In this document: in pieces, positions 40,273 to 54,800 of the stretch
How the letters are laid out: every line of letters begins with the position of its first letter
How positions within the stretch are numbered: the stretch's first letter is position 1
Source: Antedon mediterranea
Lineage: Eukaryota > Animalia > Echinodermata
Direction of reading: 5' to 3'
NCBI RefSeq assembly: GCF_964355755.1
Contig: NC_092670.1
Location: 37,064,388-37,128,387, forward strand
Length of the DNA: 64,000 bases
The notes under the pieces: generated by a model
Told to the model about the DNA's origin: nothing
The model's input: the letters and a program-made list of their open reading frames with translations, nothing else
Database searches by the model: none
Program-made: the position numbers and the translations under genes

Positions 40273-43200
40273 TCAATGACAAAATTTAAATATTCCTCCG
40301 CTTCCATACCCAGTTGTGAATCCAATGTAGTTCACTTGCAGTGGATGTGGATCTTGCCATTCCATGAATGAATCCTCCCCCACCCGGCCAACACTGATTA
40401 ATCCGTTTTCAAACGATATCCAGAACTTGGTAAACTCGTACGGAGATACGAGTCCTGATGCATTGTGTATTGCTTCATCATTACAGTGCCGACATCGACG
40501 GATGACGGATTTAGCATTCGACCAACCACCTATGGCAATCGTATACATGTTCTCCATGGCTCGTGGACTTGAAGTTAACACGACATGAGCATCGTTGTAT
40601 GCAATGACGCTGAATTCTATTCTCGTCATTCCTTCAAGGAGTTGGTAATCAAACTGGTAATTGTAGTCTGTGGCTGATGTAATATATTTATTGCAAACTG
40701 AATAAAATAATACAGTAATATTTGTATTTATTTCATTTTTGTTTTAACAACATTTTTATACACAATCAGGTAAAAGAAAATATGTTTTACATTGTGACCC
40801 TGTCTTGAATACGAAAAAAATCGGTGGGAATATGTTTAGTTTTGTGGAAAAAAATTAGATCGATATCTAGCTTTCAATGAAGCAGTAATTAAATAAGATT
40901 TTAAAAAATCACTAATTATGTTATTCGATAATGTGTATCATATCGTCCGTGAAATTACGAGGTGGTACGCGCATGTACAGTACAACACAATGTTTGTGGC
41001 AACGTACCAATATTTTCTTCCCTGGAATCTAAAAATGTTAACCTACTCACCCAAGAGATTGATGGGTGTGTCTTTATACTAGAAATGGCACGGTTTCTGT
41101 ACCTGAGAACTTAGATCATGTCCAGTCATATTCGTTTTAGGTCTACCAAGGCAATCTAAGCTGATCTAAGCTGATCAAAGGGTTTATCTGTGGTTGCGAC
41201 ACGATCAGTTGAACAGACACCGCGCGCCTCGGAGAATATGTACCGAACTGTTTGGTTTCGCATCCAGACATTAGATCAAGGACTGTTACGAGTTCCTATC
41301 TTGGCAAGATGAGCTCAGTGTCCTGTTTGTTGCTTGATTGCCTTGGTTTTACAGACGATGATATATAATATACTGTTATACTACTTACTAAGATTTTCGC
41401 ATTCACGAACCCCGTTAACATCTTCGACAATGTTGCAACAGACGTCTCCTTGTTGGCACGAGTACCCAACCTCCTGATTTTCATTACAACCAAGATATTC
41501 ATGGATAGTGACCTAAATAAAAAGAATAACAATATTACATAACAAAAATAACAACTATACATATATTTTTAATTCAGTAATATGTTTTAATATAGTAAGG
41601 TTGTGTGTGTACAGTGATGGTGAATAGACCAATCAAACAGTGCTACCTGACGATAACTTTTGCTAATTTCGTAGTACTTCTTGCTTGAGTCTTCATTACC
41701 GGTATCTCTACCGTCGCCGATGATGCTGTACATCTCACACGTACTCTTTCTATCAAAACGAATAGACGTGCAGGCTGGATCTAGAATGCAGAAGGCGGTG
41801 CATCGAATAGCAGACCGAGAATTAACAACACGAGCAATTCGTAAATGAGTGTCAACTTTCTCGTTATAAACCATCATATCCGACAGAAGACAGTTCTGCT
41901 CGTGACGTGTATCAATCCAAGTTGATTCTAAATTGTAAAGTAAATGAATTTATTGAACAGAGAAAATAATTATTTGCACGATAACAACATTAATTCAATT
42001 GTCAGTATTATTACCAATTATAGCATTTTAAGTATTGTATATTCAAATACGACTAGAGTATAACAATTCTGTCACCATGCATGGTTGTAGAAAGTAATAT
42101 TCTGAAAAAAAGTCATAGAACTTCATTATAAATTACAATAATATATTTAATTGAATACAATGCCTACTTTTTTACATAGAGAGTGGGACTCTATAACACT
42201 TTATACTCGCCAGTTCGAATACTTTTTTGTAATTCATTTTATACATGGGGGGTTTGTACCTCTAAAGCGCTGTCTACATTATCAAACTATTTTGACAAAA
42301 AAAAGGGTGTCCATATATGGGCACATAAAGTTTGATAGTGTAGATTGAAGGCGTCAACTTTGTCTAGGTAAAGATGTGATGCCTATTTAAAAGAATGTTC
42401 GAAAATATTTTATCTGCTTACTCGTTGTGGACGGCTTGGCAGTTGATGGATTGGCAATCGACGGATTGGCAGTCGATAGCTTGGTAGTCGACAGATTGGC
42501 AGTCGACGGATTGACAGTCGACGGCTTGGCAGTCGACGGATTGGCAGTCGACGACTTGGCAGTCGACGGATTGACAGTCGACGGCTTGGCAGTCGACGGA
42601 TTGGCCGTCGACGGATTGGCAGTCGACGGATTGGCAGACGACGGATTGGCAGCCAAGTTACAATTGTCAGTACTACAACAATAACGGCATATATCTTCAC
42701 CGCCATCTGAAGAACAGCCGGCAAGGTTCTGTTTTGCTTCGTTCTCGCATGCCATATCTTGTTTACATCCTTTCTCTATTCTATATTGATTGTTGTCATT
42801 ACGGACTACGTTGCTACAAATCTAAACGGGAGGAGAAAGCAAAATTACGCACGGAAGGACATTATTAAACAAAAACTCAATAATTGCAGAACATTAGCAC
42901 ATTTAACGGTTTATTATGAACCAATACTCATAATTACGTCTTGTTACCTCATATCTAACAGGAAAACACAAACAATTATAGCGTTTCACTGAACCGGCAA
43001 AAAATGGTGAAATTCATGCTTTGCTCCAGACAACATTTAGGTTGTTACAATTTAGTTTACATACTACTATGGTAACCAAGGTCTTGTTAATTGTTCTTAA
43101 TGACAATAATGTGTACCGTACAGAACTGAATTATAATTACAGTTCTTTGAGCACATTTATTTTCTTACCAAATTAATTCAAGTTTCAAGACATTCGTGGG

Positions 43201-45134
43201 TTTCAACCCCCTGGCTTTTTGCCACCCGGCATTTTTTGACACCTCATCCCTTCCGCCAACCACTGTCCACCCTCTTAATTGCCACCACCTGGCCTTTTTC
43301 CACCACCTGTATTTTGTCACTTGTAAACTTATTTTCATATCAGTTTAATAAATTCCAATTAATAATGTTGCATTAGTAAAGCAATATTCTAGCCTAAATG
43401 ATGGTTTAGGTCTAAATTACCGTTTATGTCTTTCCTCTCTTTGCTAATTTTCCAAAATTCATTAAGCCATTGAATAGTTATATTACCATTTATTAATATT
43501 CTTCTCTAAAAGCATATGTTATACTTCTCACGAATGGAGCAGTTAAATGACTTATTTGTTATTAGTTTATATTGATTGTGTGGAAAGTCTAATTAAGTTA
43601 GCACTTTTATTGTTATTAGAAAACCTGTTGCTTTCTCCATATTCTTTCGTAATTCTAAAAAAGCACATCTATTTTGAATCTATTATAGCTCCTCGGAATG
43701 AAAGATGATCCCATTTTAAAACTTATTATGAATAGATATGAATTTATGTACAATGTTGGCCTATTGGATTCTCTTTCGTCATACAGTAGTTCATAAGTAT
43801 ATCATAATTAATCAAAGTATGTTCTTGCTCATACAATTATCTTTCATATGTCATAATAATAATAATGTTTAGCATCATTGTGCATTAGCCTATATTATAT
43901 AACACCTATATAAATTCCTGTCATTTGATTGGACGAATGTGGGTCACATGGCGTGCAATAGTACGCACTATTCAACGATCGTTAAATAGTACTTTTTGAA
44001 ACATTTTTGTGTACGAAAAAAAAACGTCTAGATGTTATATAAAACAAATAATGAATGTTTTGTATTCGTGTAATGGTACAAATAATGGCACTTGGTGAAT
44101 GATGAAAGGTTATATCAACTCGGCTTTGCCTCGTTGATATAACCTTTCATCATTCACCTCGTGCCATTATTTGTACCATTGCACTCATAAACATTCATTA
44201 TTTGTATACTATTAAAGCTATGTCTACACTATCGAACTTTGTGTGACAACAAAATGTAATGTGCCCATAATGGACATGATGATGTCATATCACTAGCATA
44301 TTTTGGCATATCACTACCATATTTTGGAAAATCACACCTTTTGTCAAACTAGTTTGATATGATGTTAGACAGAACTTAAGAATTATATTTACTTTACTGA
44401 AATGCAATTTCAATATATGAACTTGCCTCATTACTTTGACATTGACTGGTGGTGCCTTGCAAGTTACATTGGTCATTGCTATTTGAACTTCCACACGTAT
44501 AACAGGTCGGACCTACAAAACGAGTTTAGCAAGAAAGGTTAATATTAACTCCAAATCATTATTGACTTTAATGATTTGTTCGCTACAAACATTAAATACA
44601 CTCGGTACAATATTGGTAAGTTGATTCGTGTTCTTAATTCCGAGTGTAAAGTTCTTCATTTGCCAATATAAATCAAATGAATGCATAGAGGTAATTGTTT
44701 TGTGTTAGTAAGCAATTTAATTGTAGTACCGCAAGTTTAATAACGGATACGTACTGATTGGATCCCAATCTCAGCGTAGTGTTTTGACCAATCACAAGCA
44801 ATATATTAGTCAAACTGTTGCTTGTCATTGGTCTATTAGTGGGAACCACGCTTAAGATACGTAAAACCAACATCAAATAATAATTTCTGTACATTTAGGT
44901 CTTCATTCATAATGTATATTGTGTAGTCCTGGGTATCTGTTAGCGTCGACTAAAATGGAAAATCAATCAGGCCTACTGTTTACCGGACTGATCAGCAACA
45001 CCTTGAATTGATTCTTAGTGAATATTGATTAAATTAAGGATACAATACTTGCCACTACTAGTACCAGTAGCTCCATGGTCTGTGATTACAAGCAATACAC
45101 AGATGAAATTCGGTGTGTTCTTCCATAAATCCAT
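40273..45134 (-). CDS. Secreted mosaic protein: Ly6/uPAR three-finger domain, PST mucin repeat, PAN/apple domain, Cys-rich linker, farnesoic-acid-O-methyltransferase-like domain (461 aa)
   Basis: Exons 45134-45065, 44512-44427 (GC donor), 42821-42422, 41927-41647, 41512-41389, 40697-40273 (1386 nt, phases consistent). CYTC..CCSTDNCN; RCTAFCILDPACTSIRF..CEMY; AYNDAHVVL..IGGWSNAKSVIRR..FWISF..FMEWQDP..YIGFTTGYG. Confidence 0.75.
42426..42652 (-). repeat. 15-bp coding repeat (PSTAN/PSTAK pentapeptide)
   Basis: gtcgacggattggca units. Confidence 0.92.
43895..44208 (+). mobile_element. Hairpin-ended repeat, short copy C
   Basis: ~160-bp imperfect palindrome 44045-44204 centred on caactcggctttgcctcgttg. 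Confidence 0.8.
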
Positions 45135-45329
45135 TACTTCTGTTAAACAGTAAAATAAAACAGTTAAACATAATCACGCCATTAACGCATGTTTCTCGAA
45201 ACACGTCTGTTTTTCTGTTCCTCTTTTTCTTTTCGGATCTGTATACTACTATCATATACTACCTATTCCAATGGTACAGTACAGCGTTGTAACACGTGGC
45301 GATTTCGATACTGTTTCATGGATCTGCAC

Positions 45330-46292
45330 TAATTACTCTTAATCCTGCCCAATACTGCAATGTATCACTTTCGGTTAATTTCAGTATAAATAATTTAATG
45401 TTACTGTTACTGTAATTTTCGAGTAATTTATTTACTTCCGACTTTAATACTAAAACGTATGGCCTAAGCACCTTTACTTCTGCTGCCTCTTGCTTATGGA
45501 ATGACATACCCGCCTCCATTAGGTCATAGTCTTCTACTTTCGCCTTTAAATCTGCCTTAAAGCTCAGGTACAGGCATGAATTTTAAATATAATATTTGGT
45601 TAATTGTACATAAATCAAATATTTGTAACAGAAATTAAGACGAAAAAACATGAATTTTCCTTAATATGGTCAAATACAAAATTTGGCAAAATTCTTCCAT
45701 AAAAACCAGGAAGACTTTTTTTCAGTAGTTAGGTAGTTAACCTAATGTAATAACATGTCTGGTGACTCCCTAGAAGGTGAAAAAAGATGGTGGATATACA
45801 GTGGATAATTTTTGCTATAGCATGAAAATACAAATCTGAAGTTGAATAAAAATACCAGAAATGTAATATTCAAGTTATATTACCTATATTTAGTCATCTG
45901 ATAACATTTTTTTCCACACTGTTTATTTTTCATAGCTTTTTAAAATGCCTCTCTATTTACAAAATTTGTGTACAAAAGAATAGAGATTTTACTGTGTAAT
46001 TTGAACTATCCCCCCACTGATAAGAAAGTGCTTATTTTCAACAAGCTCGTGTAACACAAATTAAATCCCAAAAATTATGAAACATAGGGGAAACTATAGA
46101 TCGATAATTATTGGAATGTATGATCAATAGAAATTTTTTGCCCGCACCTGGCCTTTAACTCATCTTTTTCTTTCAAATTGAGCTCTCTCATATACACTGC
46201 GCCTTTGATCACTTACTGCTTAAAATTTGCGCATTACAAATTCAAATTATTATTACTATTATTATTATTATTATTGTTATTATTATTATTTA
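45330..46292 (+). mobile_element. L2/CR1-type LINE 3' fragment interrupted by a Kolobok-like MITE (45561-46154)
   Basis: FTSAASCLWNDIPASIRS*SSTFAFKSAL|THLF, gcgcctttga..gcgcattacaaat and (TTA)n tail; insertion TTAA|agctcaggtacaggca..tgcccgcacctggcct|TTAA. Confidence 0.7.
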
Positions 46293-47467
46293 TTGGTAAC
46301 TTTGGTGAACATTTTTGAAAAGAAAAGTATTTTAATAAATAAAACCTACATTACCGCCCATTAGTGATTACTGTTATACCACCAACGAAAAGAATATAGG
46401 CCTAGGCCTAAACCTAAATTTAAATTTAGGTTTTAAAAACAGGGTAAACATACCTTAAACAAACAAAATCCTGAAGAAAAACAACGTAGCCTACAGACAT
46501 GTATAGTCCATACTGATATAAATCTAAATTGAATTCCACTTATATCAAGTTGATAGACTTGTTTCTTTCATTAGCAGGCTACAGCGCCGATTTATATAAT
46601 CCCGATAGCGGCAATAACCATTCATCCAGTTATAAAATAACAATACTCATAATTTAAATCAAAATCGTAATAATAAAATCGTTAGTACTTGAGATTGAGA
46701 CAATTCACGATAATGTCTCAAATTGTCTTCTGTAATATTGTAATTACTGATGCAGGAAATTACGTAAAACAAATCAATTGTAAAGTAAATAATGTTAATG
46801 TAGTTGCAGTGTCTGTTTCTTGTATGGTCAGTATAGAGAAGTATATAGCGCACAAACTGTGATATCTTTTACCATCGGGCACTAATAATGTAGAAAAAAC
46901 TTGAGTAGTTGATCGTTGTGTACGCATGCGCACTGTGTGATCTCTTTTGATTGGGCTGCGCTCGAATAGTTAATTAAAGATTGACAAACCGTTTATTTAA
47001 TCAACCATCTGAATTGTCTATTGTTATAATTATTCATCTCAATTGTTCTTAAACTTCGCAATACCAATAGACAGCAAAAATATATGAAACATAATTTTTC
47101 AAAATTATTATTATTGTATTTTAATGTTTTTACAATTTTATTATGTATTTTTTACACTTAAGTGCATAAAAACGATTTTCTGATTGTAAAAATAAAGATA
47201 AATTGAATTGAAATATACACCATTAATAACTTAGTTCGTGTTGTTGTAAGCATATTATTAGACTTGCCCCAAGTCTGTATTGTTTTTTTTTTTATTTATT
47301 TGTTTTTATTTCAAGTAATACACGTATGAAACGCCATATGTACAAAAATATTTTTATTTTTACTAATATTAAAAAAACTCCGTCTGGAGCCCAGACTAGC
47401 ATATTATGTACACACACATACAACCCAAGAAATCACCTACGTCAAATTAAAAAAAAAAATGATGATA

Positions 47468-47664
47468 AAGTCTGTTTTCCTGTTTCGACGCTATCGTTAA
47501 CAATAATCGGCGATCTTCTCGTAAACATTGTAATGTTAACGATTTACAGGAAAAGGTACTCGCTATTGTTATCATTTCAACTTGATCGTTTTCAAACGAT
47601 CGTCGTTGAACTGTTAACGATCAACGACGATAGCGTCGAATAACATCGACAGGAAAACAGGCTT
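47468..47664. mobile_element. Palindromic MITE
   Basis: aagtctgttttcctgt ... acaggaaaacaggctt. Confidence 0.7.
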
Positions 47665-47995
47665 TAGTAACGTTGGACCGGTTGCATTCTGGATGGGAGA
47701 CCCTCTGGGAATACCGCGTTGTGTTACTGTAGATATCGGAGAATGATGGTATAATGATAATATCTGGCTAGCATTTGGTAGGCATAGGTTCGAGCCTACC
47801 TGAGACAATACTGATTGCATCCTTAGGTTGATCCATTTTTATTGCCTCGTCCTTCAGGTGGGACGTAAGTCCGTTGGTCTCGTGTAGGCCTAAGTATAGT
47901 GCACCTTAAGATCCTCACCTCTCCCAATGTGCGCTACACTGCTGCCGTGGGGCCACGGAGGGCCTAATTCGAATTTCCTCGGTTTTCAGTTAAAC
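47664..47995 (+). mobile_element. Composite SINE: 5S rRNA-derived head, tRNA-like segment, Deu-domain-like body
   Basis: tggatgggagaccctctgggaataccgcg (5S 3' half), ggttcgagcc B box, gtccttcaggtgggacgtaagtccgttggtc..ttaagatcc. Confidence 0.6.
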
Positions 47996-48409
47996 TTGAA
48001 GACGGTAATAGATATCTTTATACGTTTAGGAGTCAATTTAATTACAAACTAGAATATATGGCCTCGCTAAAGAAAAATGAATTGCCTTATAACAAAACAT
48101 ATCGATTATGCATTAATTGTAGTTTATACTTGCTTACAATGTGAACATGATTGAAATAAATATAATATATAGCTATTACTAAGTACAATAAAGGTCGATG
48201 TGACTGTACTGTATACTGTTCATAGGAATATTATATCATAGAAATATATATTAATACAACATCACATGTATTTCACATGTTCTAGAAGTAACCTAACCCT
48301 TAAACTAACCTTACATGATACAGGAACCACATGTGATATAAATGAGATGCTGTATTACCAAATATTTCTATGATACTTAAAATAAATAGATAGTATGTGG
48401 AGATACAGC

Positions 48410-48477
48410 AAGCTTGTTGTCCGATAATCACAAGCTTGTTGTCCGATAATCACAAGCTTTTTGTCCGATAATCACAG
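48410..48477. repeat. 22-bp tandem repeat, 3 copies
   Basis: caagcttgttgtccgataatca. Confidence 0.85.
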
Positions 48478-51400
48478 TCTCGTGTACACATAGAAACTGA
48501 TTTTTCTGATATAAATTCTAGTGTATAGGAATCGTTGCCAAACAAATTGACTGCAATTTACAATTGTAGGCCTATAATGCTACATATTATAGAAATTAAC
48601 TGTAACGTATGAGGAATAAAAGCATGACTTTTATTTTTGGATCTTTAGCCTGTACATTTATTGATAATACTGTAGATATTTCTGGCTGCATATGCTCTTC
48701 GTGATATTTCATAATTATACAAATTAGTTTGTCCTCACGAGATAAATTAGGTGCTCCTCAATTTATAAACCCACAATACATTTGTGATTTATCAAATCGA
48801 AATAGCAATACAATATCGTTAAGGTTGAGACCGACTTCTTTCATCAATGCTATTGGAAACACTTAATATAAATTTCTCTTTTCGAATGAAAAGCGATCAT
48901 TGTTCTTTAATACGGTACTGTATTATTATTATTCCTTACCAATCGCATTTACGATAGCTCTCATGTCGACAACTGCCTTCAGGTGGTCAATGCTTAAAGT
49001 AATTTTAAGCAAAAACATGAAAAATGAAGATTAATTAATTAATCAGACTTTGAATAAGTTATTTTGTAGTTTTAATCAAGTTAATCACTTGCGTAGAAAA
49101 AACCCTGAAAAAAACAAAATAAATGGTTAAATTCAACCAAAAATACATTGGCTGGCAGCCAATTTGACTATATTTTGCTTTAAATTTTTCAGTTAAATAA
49201 TTTTTTTTTCGATCCATTTTTGATCAAAGTGGATAACTATTATATGATATTAAAATGGCATATTCAACAATTTTTTTTCTCAAGGGGACAATACATCTTT
49301 AAACACTGTCTTCTTTTTTTTTCTAAAGTATAAGTATCTGTTCTTTTTTGTTCAATGTGTTGAAAATAAATAAATGAAACAAACAAACTGGCAGTAGTGC
49401 CAGTATGATGTGTATTGAGCATGGTGTTCCATCTTTTAATGAGTATATATGCGAAAATGGTTTCATGTTGAATAGTTGTAATATTATTGTTGCTTGTGTG
49501 TTTGCAAACATATGCTTTATAACTAAAAATTGTACTGTAGATGTAGAAGTATCCTATATATTTAAGCTTAGATTTTGCGAATTTTCTTTTTTCTGTTTGT
49601 CCATGTTGATATGGATGAATTGTTTCAGAAAAAAAAAGAAATTGAATTGAATTGAATATATAAACGGTATTTTAAACAAATCAATTTTTAGCATTAGGCC
49701 TAATTGAATTCGATTATTTAGCCTAAATGTCCCCAGAAAAATAAATATAATGTCTTGCAACAGAAATGTATTGATTACAAGTGCTCATGTACTATATTAA
49801 ATTTTTCTTTGTATTCGAAGGTCAATAGAAATAGTTAGGCCTATACATTAGTGCTGTATACAACAAATGCCTCGGAAACAAGCATGCGCAGATTATCGTT
49901 GCTTCTTTCAATTGCGTGCAATCGATAATACAGTATAAGTATATATGACGTAATGTTACATAAACGGTCTTTTGAAGAAATCCATTTTAGAATTAATTTA
50001 ACTAGATTATTTCAATGTCATCAGAAAAATATAATTTCGTCCAACACAAATATATTGATTGATCGTGTGTTCTATTAGCGTTTACTTTATTATACCGAAC
50101 GTCAATTGAAATAGAATAAAACAGTGCTGCAAACGCCGCCTAAACAGACTATTATTTTAATGTCTGTATTTTATTATTTTGAAATTAACTGTACCTTTTT
50201 TAATAAAAAATAATATACACATAGTTGTACTCAAAATACAATTTATTCACAATACTTCTACTTGCTAAAATATCTGTTCATTGTTAGAAAATGTTGTTTT
50301 TGATATTTTATCAAGCATTGTGTTTGGAAATAAGGCGGATACGATTTTGATTTCGTACATAATATAAGGGAACTTCTTTATGTGAAAGGTAGCCGACCTA
50401 CTTTCTAAATATAACTTAACCTAACCCTCTAATTAATCTCTATCTTACTATAAAGTAAAAGTTGCTCATGGAAATCGACATCGACACCGCAAAATTCATA
50501 GTCTATACCATTAGACTAAACAGACGGCGATCGGTGAAAAGCGTTTGTTTGGTGACGTTTCATGAGGGGATCCCAACTCATGTACGAAAAAAAATATCGC
50601 CGGCGTGAGCTTACCATTGTTCTCGTTACCATTTGAGTCAAATTTAGTGTTCTCTTCAATGTTAGAAATCAATTTCGCATATGGTACCGGCTATATAGGC
50701 TATATTATACAGTAAGATATATCTAATCTAAATACAAATTGAAGTCAAATTGTACTTTATCAATCCAAATTATACAGCTTCTGAATGTTCCTGAATGTTA
50801 TATTTTCTTTCAACTCCATTTTTTAGAGAGATCATGTAATTATGCTTGTAAAATCGGTTTCAGCCGTGTGGCGATTTTTTGCCCTCGTATGTTTTCACTT
50901 AAGCTTAAAGTTCCCACCCAGGACGCAACGCAACGACGTATCGACGCAAAGTGCTGTATTGCAAAATATCACAAGTGGGAACCGACAACCCAACAATGCT
51001 GCAAACATATCAGGTTTGAATTCACGCAGCCGGGGGCAAACACAATTATTGGAAGGGCATTTCCTTACGTTGCGTAGGCTGCGTATATGTTGCGTCGCTT
51101 GTGGGAACCAAACATCAGGGCTTTAGTCGTTTATACAGTTTTTTAACATTAAAACGATATAAAGCTTTTATTACCCACAACCATTGCTAATAATGAATTT
51201 TAATTAAGCTCATTTTATATGGGCTTCTATAAGCATGATGTATTAGCTTTATATTAATGCTGACTTTGAGGGCATAATGCTTAAATGTTGTTGAGTGTAT
51301 TTTTAAATAATAAAATATTATTAAAATACTAAGTGTGCTTGAGGTTTAAGCATAGAGGAAATTATTTCCTCCGTGGTTTAAAGATGCACGGGTTTACGTA

Positions 51401-51812
51401 CTTCAAGCTTGGTTCCCACTAGCGACGCAACGTAATGCAACCTACGCAACGTAAAAAAATGCCCTTCCGATAATTGTGTTTATCCGTACCTGAAATCAAA
51501 TCTACATGTTTGCAGCACTGTAAGCGTCGTCGGTTCCCACTTGTGATTACGCAATACAGCACTTTGCGTTAAAACATCGCTGCGTTACATTGTGTCGCTA
51601 GTGGGAACTACGCTTAAATTAACATGATTAAAAGATAACATATTTAAAAAAACTATATCAACCTAAACTTCTTTTTCCTCTCAAAGCATTTACACTATAT
51701 TGATTCGAACAGGGAAGATAAAATTGAAATCTTCCCTGATTTGAGGAACAAGCCTCCTCAGTTCAGAAAAGATGTTTTGCATTACACTCACAATACGAAC
51801 GTATACGTGACG

Positions 51813-54800
51813 TCAGAAATTGTTTATCGTTTCATAAATAAATGACGACATAGTGGATATATTTGCATACACACCGGGGTATTCAGGTTCTGCGCAGCCT
51901 ATACCCCAACTTGTAACGCCAACAACCTGCCAAATTCCATAAATAGAAGGACACATTAACGGTCCACCACTGTCACCCTAAAATAGAAAACATTAACTTG
52001 TTTTGAATATTTCATTGATAATAATAATAATATCCTGGATTTATATAGCGCCTAATGTTGTGAAACCTCTAAGCGCTGAACATTACTACGCTAGTAATTT
52101 TTTTGGATCAAACACGTACGGAAACATACTCGCATAATGCAAAGTTGTGTCTTGATCTAACTAGGTTCCCATTTATTCACCTGGGTGGAGAGAGGCAAAC
52201 GTAAGTAAAGTATCTTGTTTAAGCGTGGTTCCCACTAGAACGCAACACAACGTAACGCAACGACGTATCGACGCAAAGTGATGCATTACGTAATCGCAAG
52301 TGGGAACCGACGACGCACCATTGCTGTAAAAATCGCAGGTTTGATCTAACGCAGGTGGGTGCAAACACAATGATTGGAAGGGCATTTTCTTACGTTGCGT
52401 AGATTGCGTTACGTTACGTCGCAAGTGAGAACCAAGCTTTAAGGATACAAGCAATGCGGAGAGAGTTGGATTCGAAACTCGATCTCGATCAGTAGTCGAA
52501 TGTCCAACACAATGCGCCACGCGCCCTTATGAAGTATGGTACTAGTCTATTATAGATTATGCTCTAGATTGGCCTAATCTAGCTTGGACAAGATTTAGAA
52601 AGTGCACATGTTATTCAGGAAAAAGTTATTCTTCAGGGGATGAAGAAAGTGCACAAAGCTCTAACTGGATTGATTGGTACTTACATTACAACTGTCAATG
52701 CCTCCTTCTTCATATCCGGCACACAACATTCTCTCTGTGTAGTAGTTACTTGTAGCATAATATGCGGCACACACATGAGATGGGATCACTGGTACTCGAG
52801 CCTCAAGCAACTGGGGACTTATTTCACCTTTGTAATTCAATAACAGAAACATCTCAAAAAATAAATCTATTAAAAGAACACTGCAATAAAACCTGAAACG
52901 ATATATCTTGATACATGGAAAGCCTTATGTCCAACAAAATATGGACATTTTTGTGTCACATCATCAAGATATAAGAATAGACCACTTCCATATTTTACTA
53001 GTCTGCTAAATTCTTATAATTTCCAAGTCTCCCATCTTTTGATTCTCTTGGATTTTCACCTCCGACGCTAGTTGCGAACGTTTTCAATTTGCTAATTTTT
53101 TTTTTTGATTATTTGTATGAAATTATTTTATTTGATGTTTTAAATTAAAGTTCTTTTATAAAAAAATTCCTCAATCCAGCTTTTTGACCGCTACGGATTT
53201 TGATTTGCCTTAGTGAATTGGTTTTAAAGTTTTTATGAAAGTGAAATAAGGATACTGAGATACATAATATAAACACTACAGAGAAGAAATAAGGGCCACA
53301 AAAATGTTATGTTGTCCGGGTTGGTCTGTTTCTGACTCTGTGTTAATGACATTATTATGCCTATGCCAGAAAAACTACTACTAGGCCAACATCTAAATAA
53401 CATTGGAAGCGTTATGACTTACCACTTGGCTCAACATAACCCCAACCAGCTATAACGCAGTCTTCAAGATATAAGTCGGCAAGTTGGAAAGTCTCCAGGC
53501 AAATAGGAGCAACGGTTTCAGAATAAACCAAGTTAGTACGCAGTCTCATTAATGCAAGATCATAATCGGTTATATCATCATTATAGTCAGGATGCAAGTA
53601 GACGCCAGCAATTTGGATGGTGTAGCCATCTGAATGATTTAACTCTGTAGAATTGGCATACACTCTGATTTGTCTGTAGTCGCTGTAAGAAGCAGAGACA
53701 AGTACAGGTTATGACCAAGGCCCTTATACTGTCGAACTCTTTACCGGAATCAGTTGTTTCATTAAAATCAATTAAATTTCAAACAAGGCTCAAACATGCA
53801 CTGAGCAGCCACCCACTAAAATTCAAACCCTACACGAGAGATGAAGATTTTACGCAAGAGAGGCTTACAAGCTTTGCATAGCTTTTATCACGGAATTCTA
53901 CTTTGCTTTTTTTCGGCTACAAGTAAGTAAGTTAATATGATAGTACTGACAAAAAGTGAACAACTTTACTTTAAATACTGGATTACATATTTATTAGTAC
54001 TTACATTTCATATAAGCAGTGAGCAGCTGTTAATATCCAATAGTTATCTATGATTGCCGCTCCACAAAATTGTGCACCGTTTTTCTGTAATGAAACCAGC
54101 CATGGCCAATCACCCCTCTCTGCCACAACTCCTCCGACGATACGTTGAATTTTCTGATTTGATACACTTGTTTGTCCACAACCTATTTTTTTTTTATAGT
54201 TAATTTGTTTTATTTGTATAATATTATTATTGTAGACGTAGACGTGTAAGATGGTCCTTTTACTGTGTGTTGAAAATGTATATTTTATCTAATTAGGCCT
54301 AAACACTGAGGAAAGACATCGAGTAAAATAATACCATCAAATTCAAAGTGTGCCTGAATGTGGACGATTTCGAATGGTGTTGCAAGTGTGCACAAATGAG
54401 CACCCGAACTAATGATATGATGCCTTTCAAAGCCAAACAAAAGTTGCAATTGGATGTTATATACCTGCAATTGGTCTATCGGTATTTGTAGTTGGTCTAT
54501 CGGTATTTGTAGTTGGTCTATCGGTAGTTGTAGTTGGCATTACTGTAGTTGTTTCGGCAGTTGTCTTTGGTCTTTTGGTAGTTGTGGTTTCCTTAGTTGT
54601 TGTTGTTTTGATAGTTGTAGTTGGTCTTTTGGTAGTTGTTGTTTCGACAGTTGTAATTGGTCTGTTGGTAGTTGTTGTTTCGACAGTTGTAGTTGGTCTG
54701 TTGGTAGTTGTTGTTTCGACAGTTGTAGTTGGTATTTTGGTAGTTGTTGTTGCGGTAGTTGTAGTTGGTCTGTTGGTAGTTGTTGTTGTTGCGGTAGTTG

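Noticed and set aside
43340-43870. Possible degraded LINE coding fragment on the - strand
   Set aside because: Too many stops and no motif I could identify confidently
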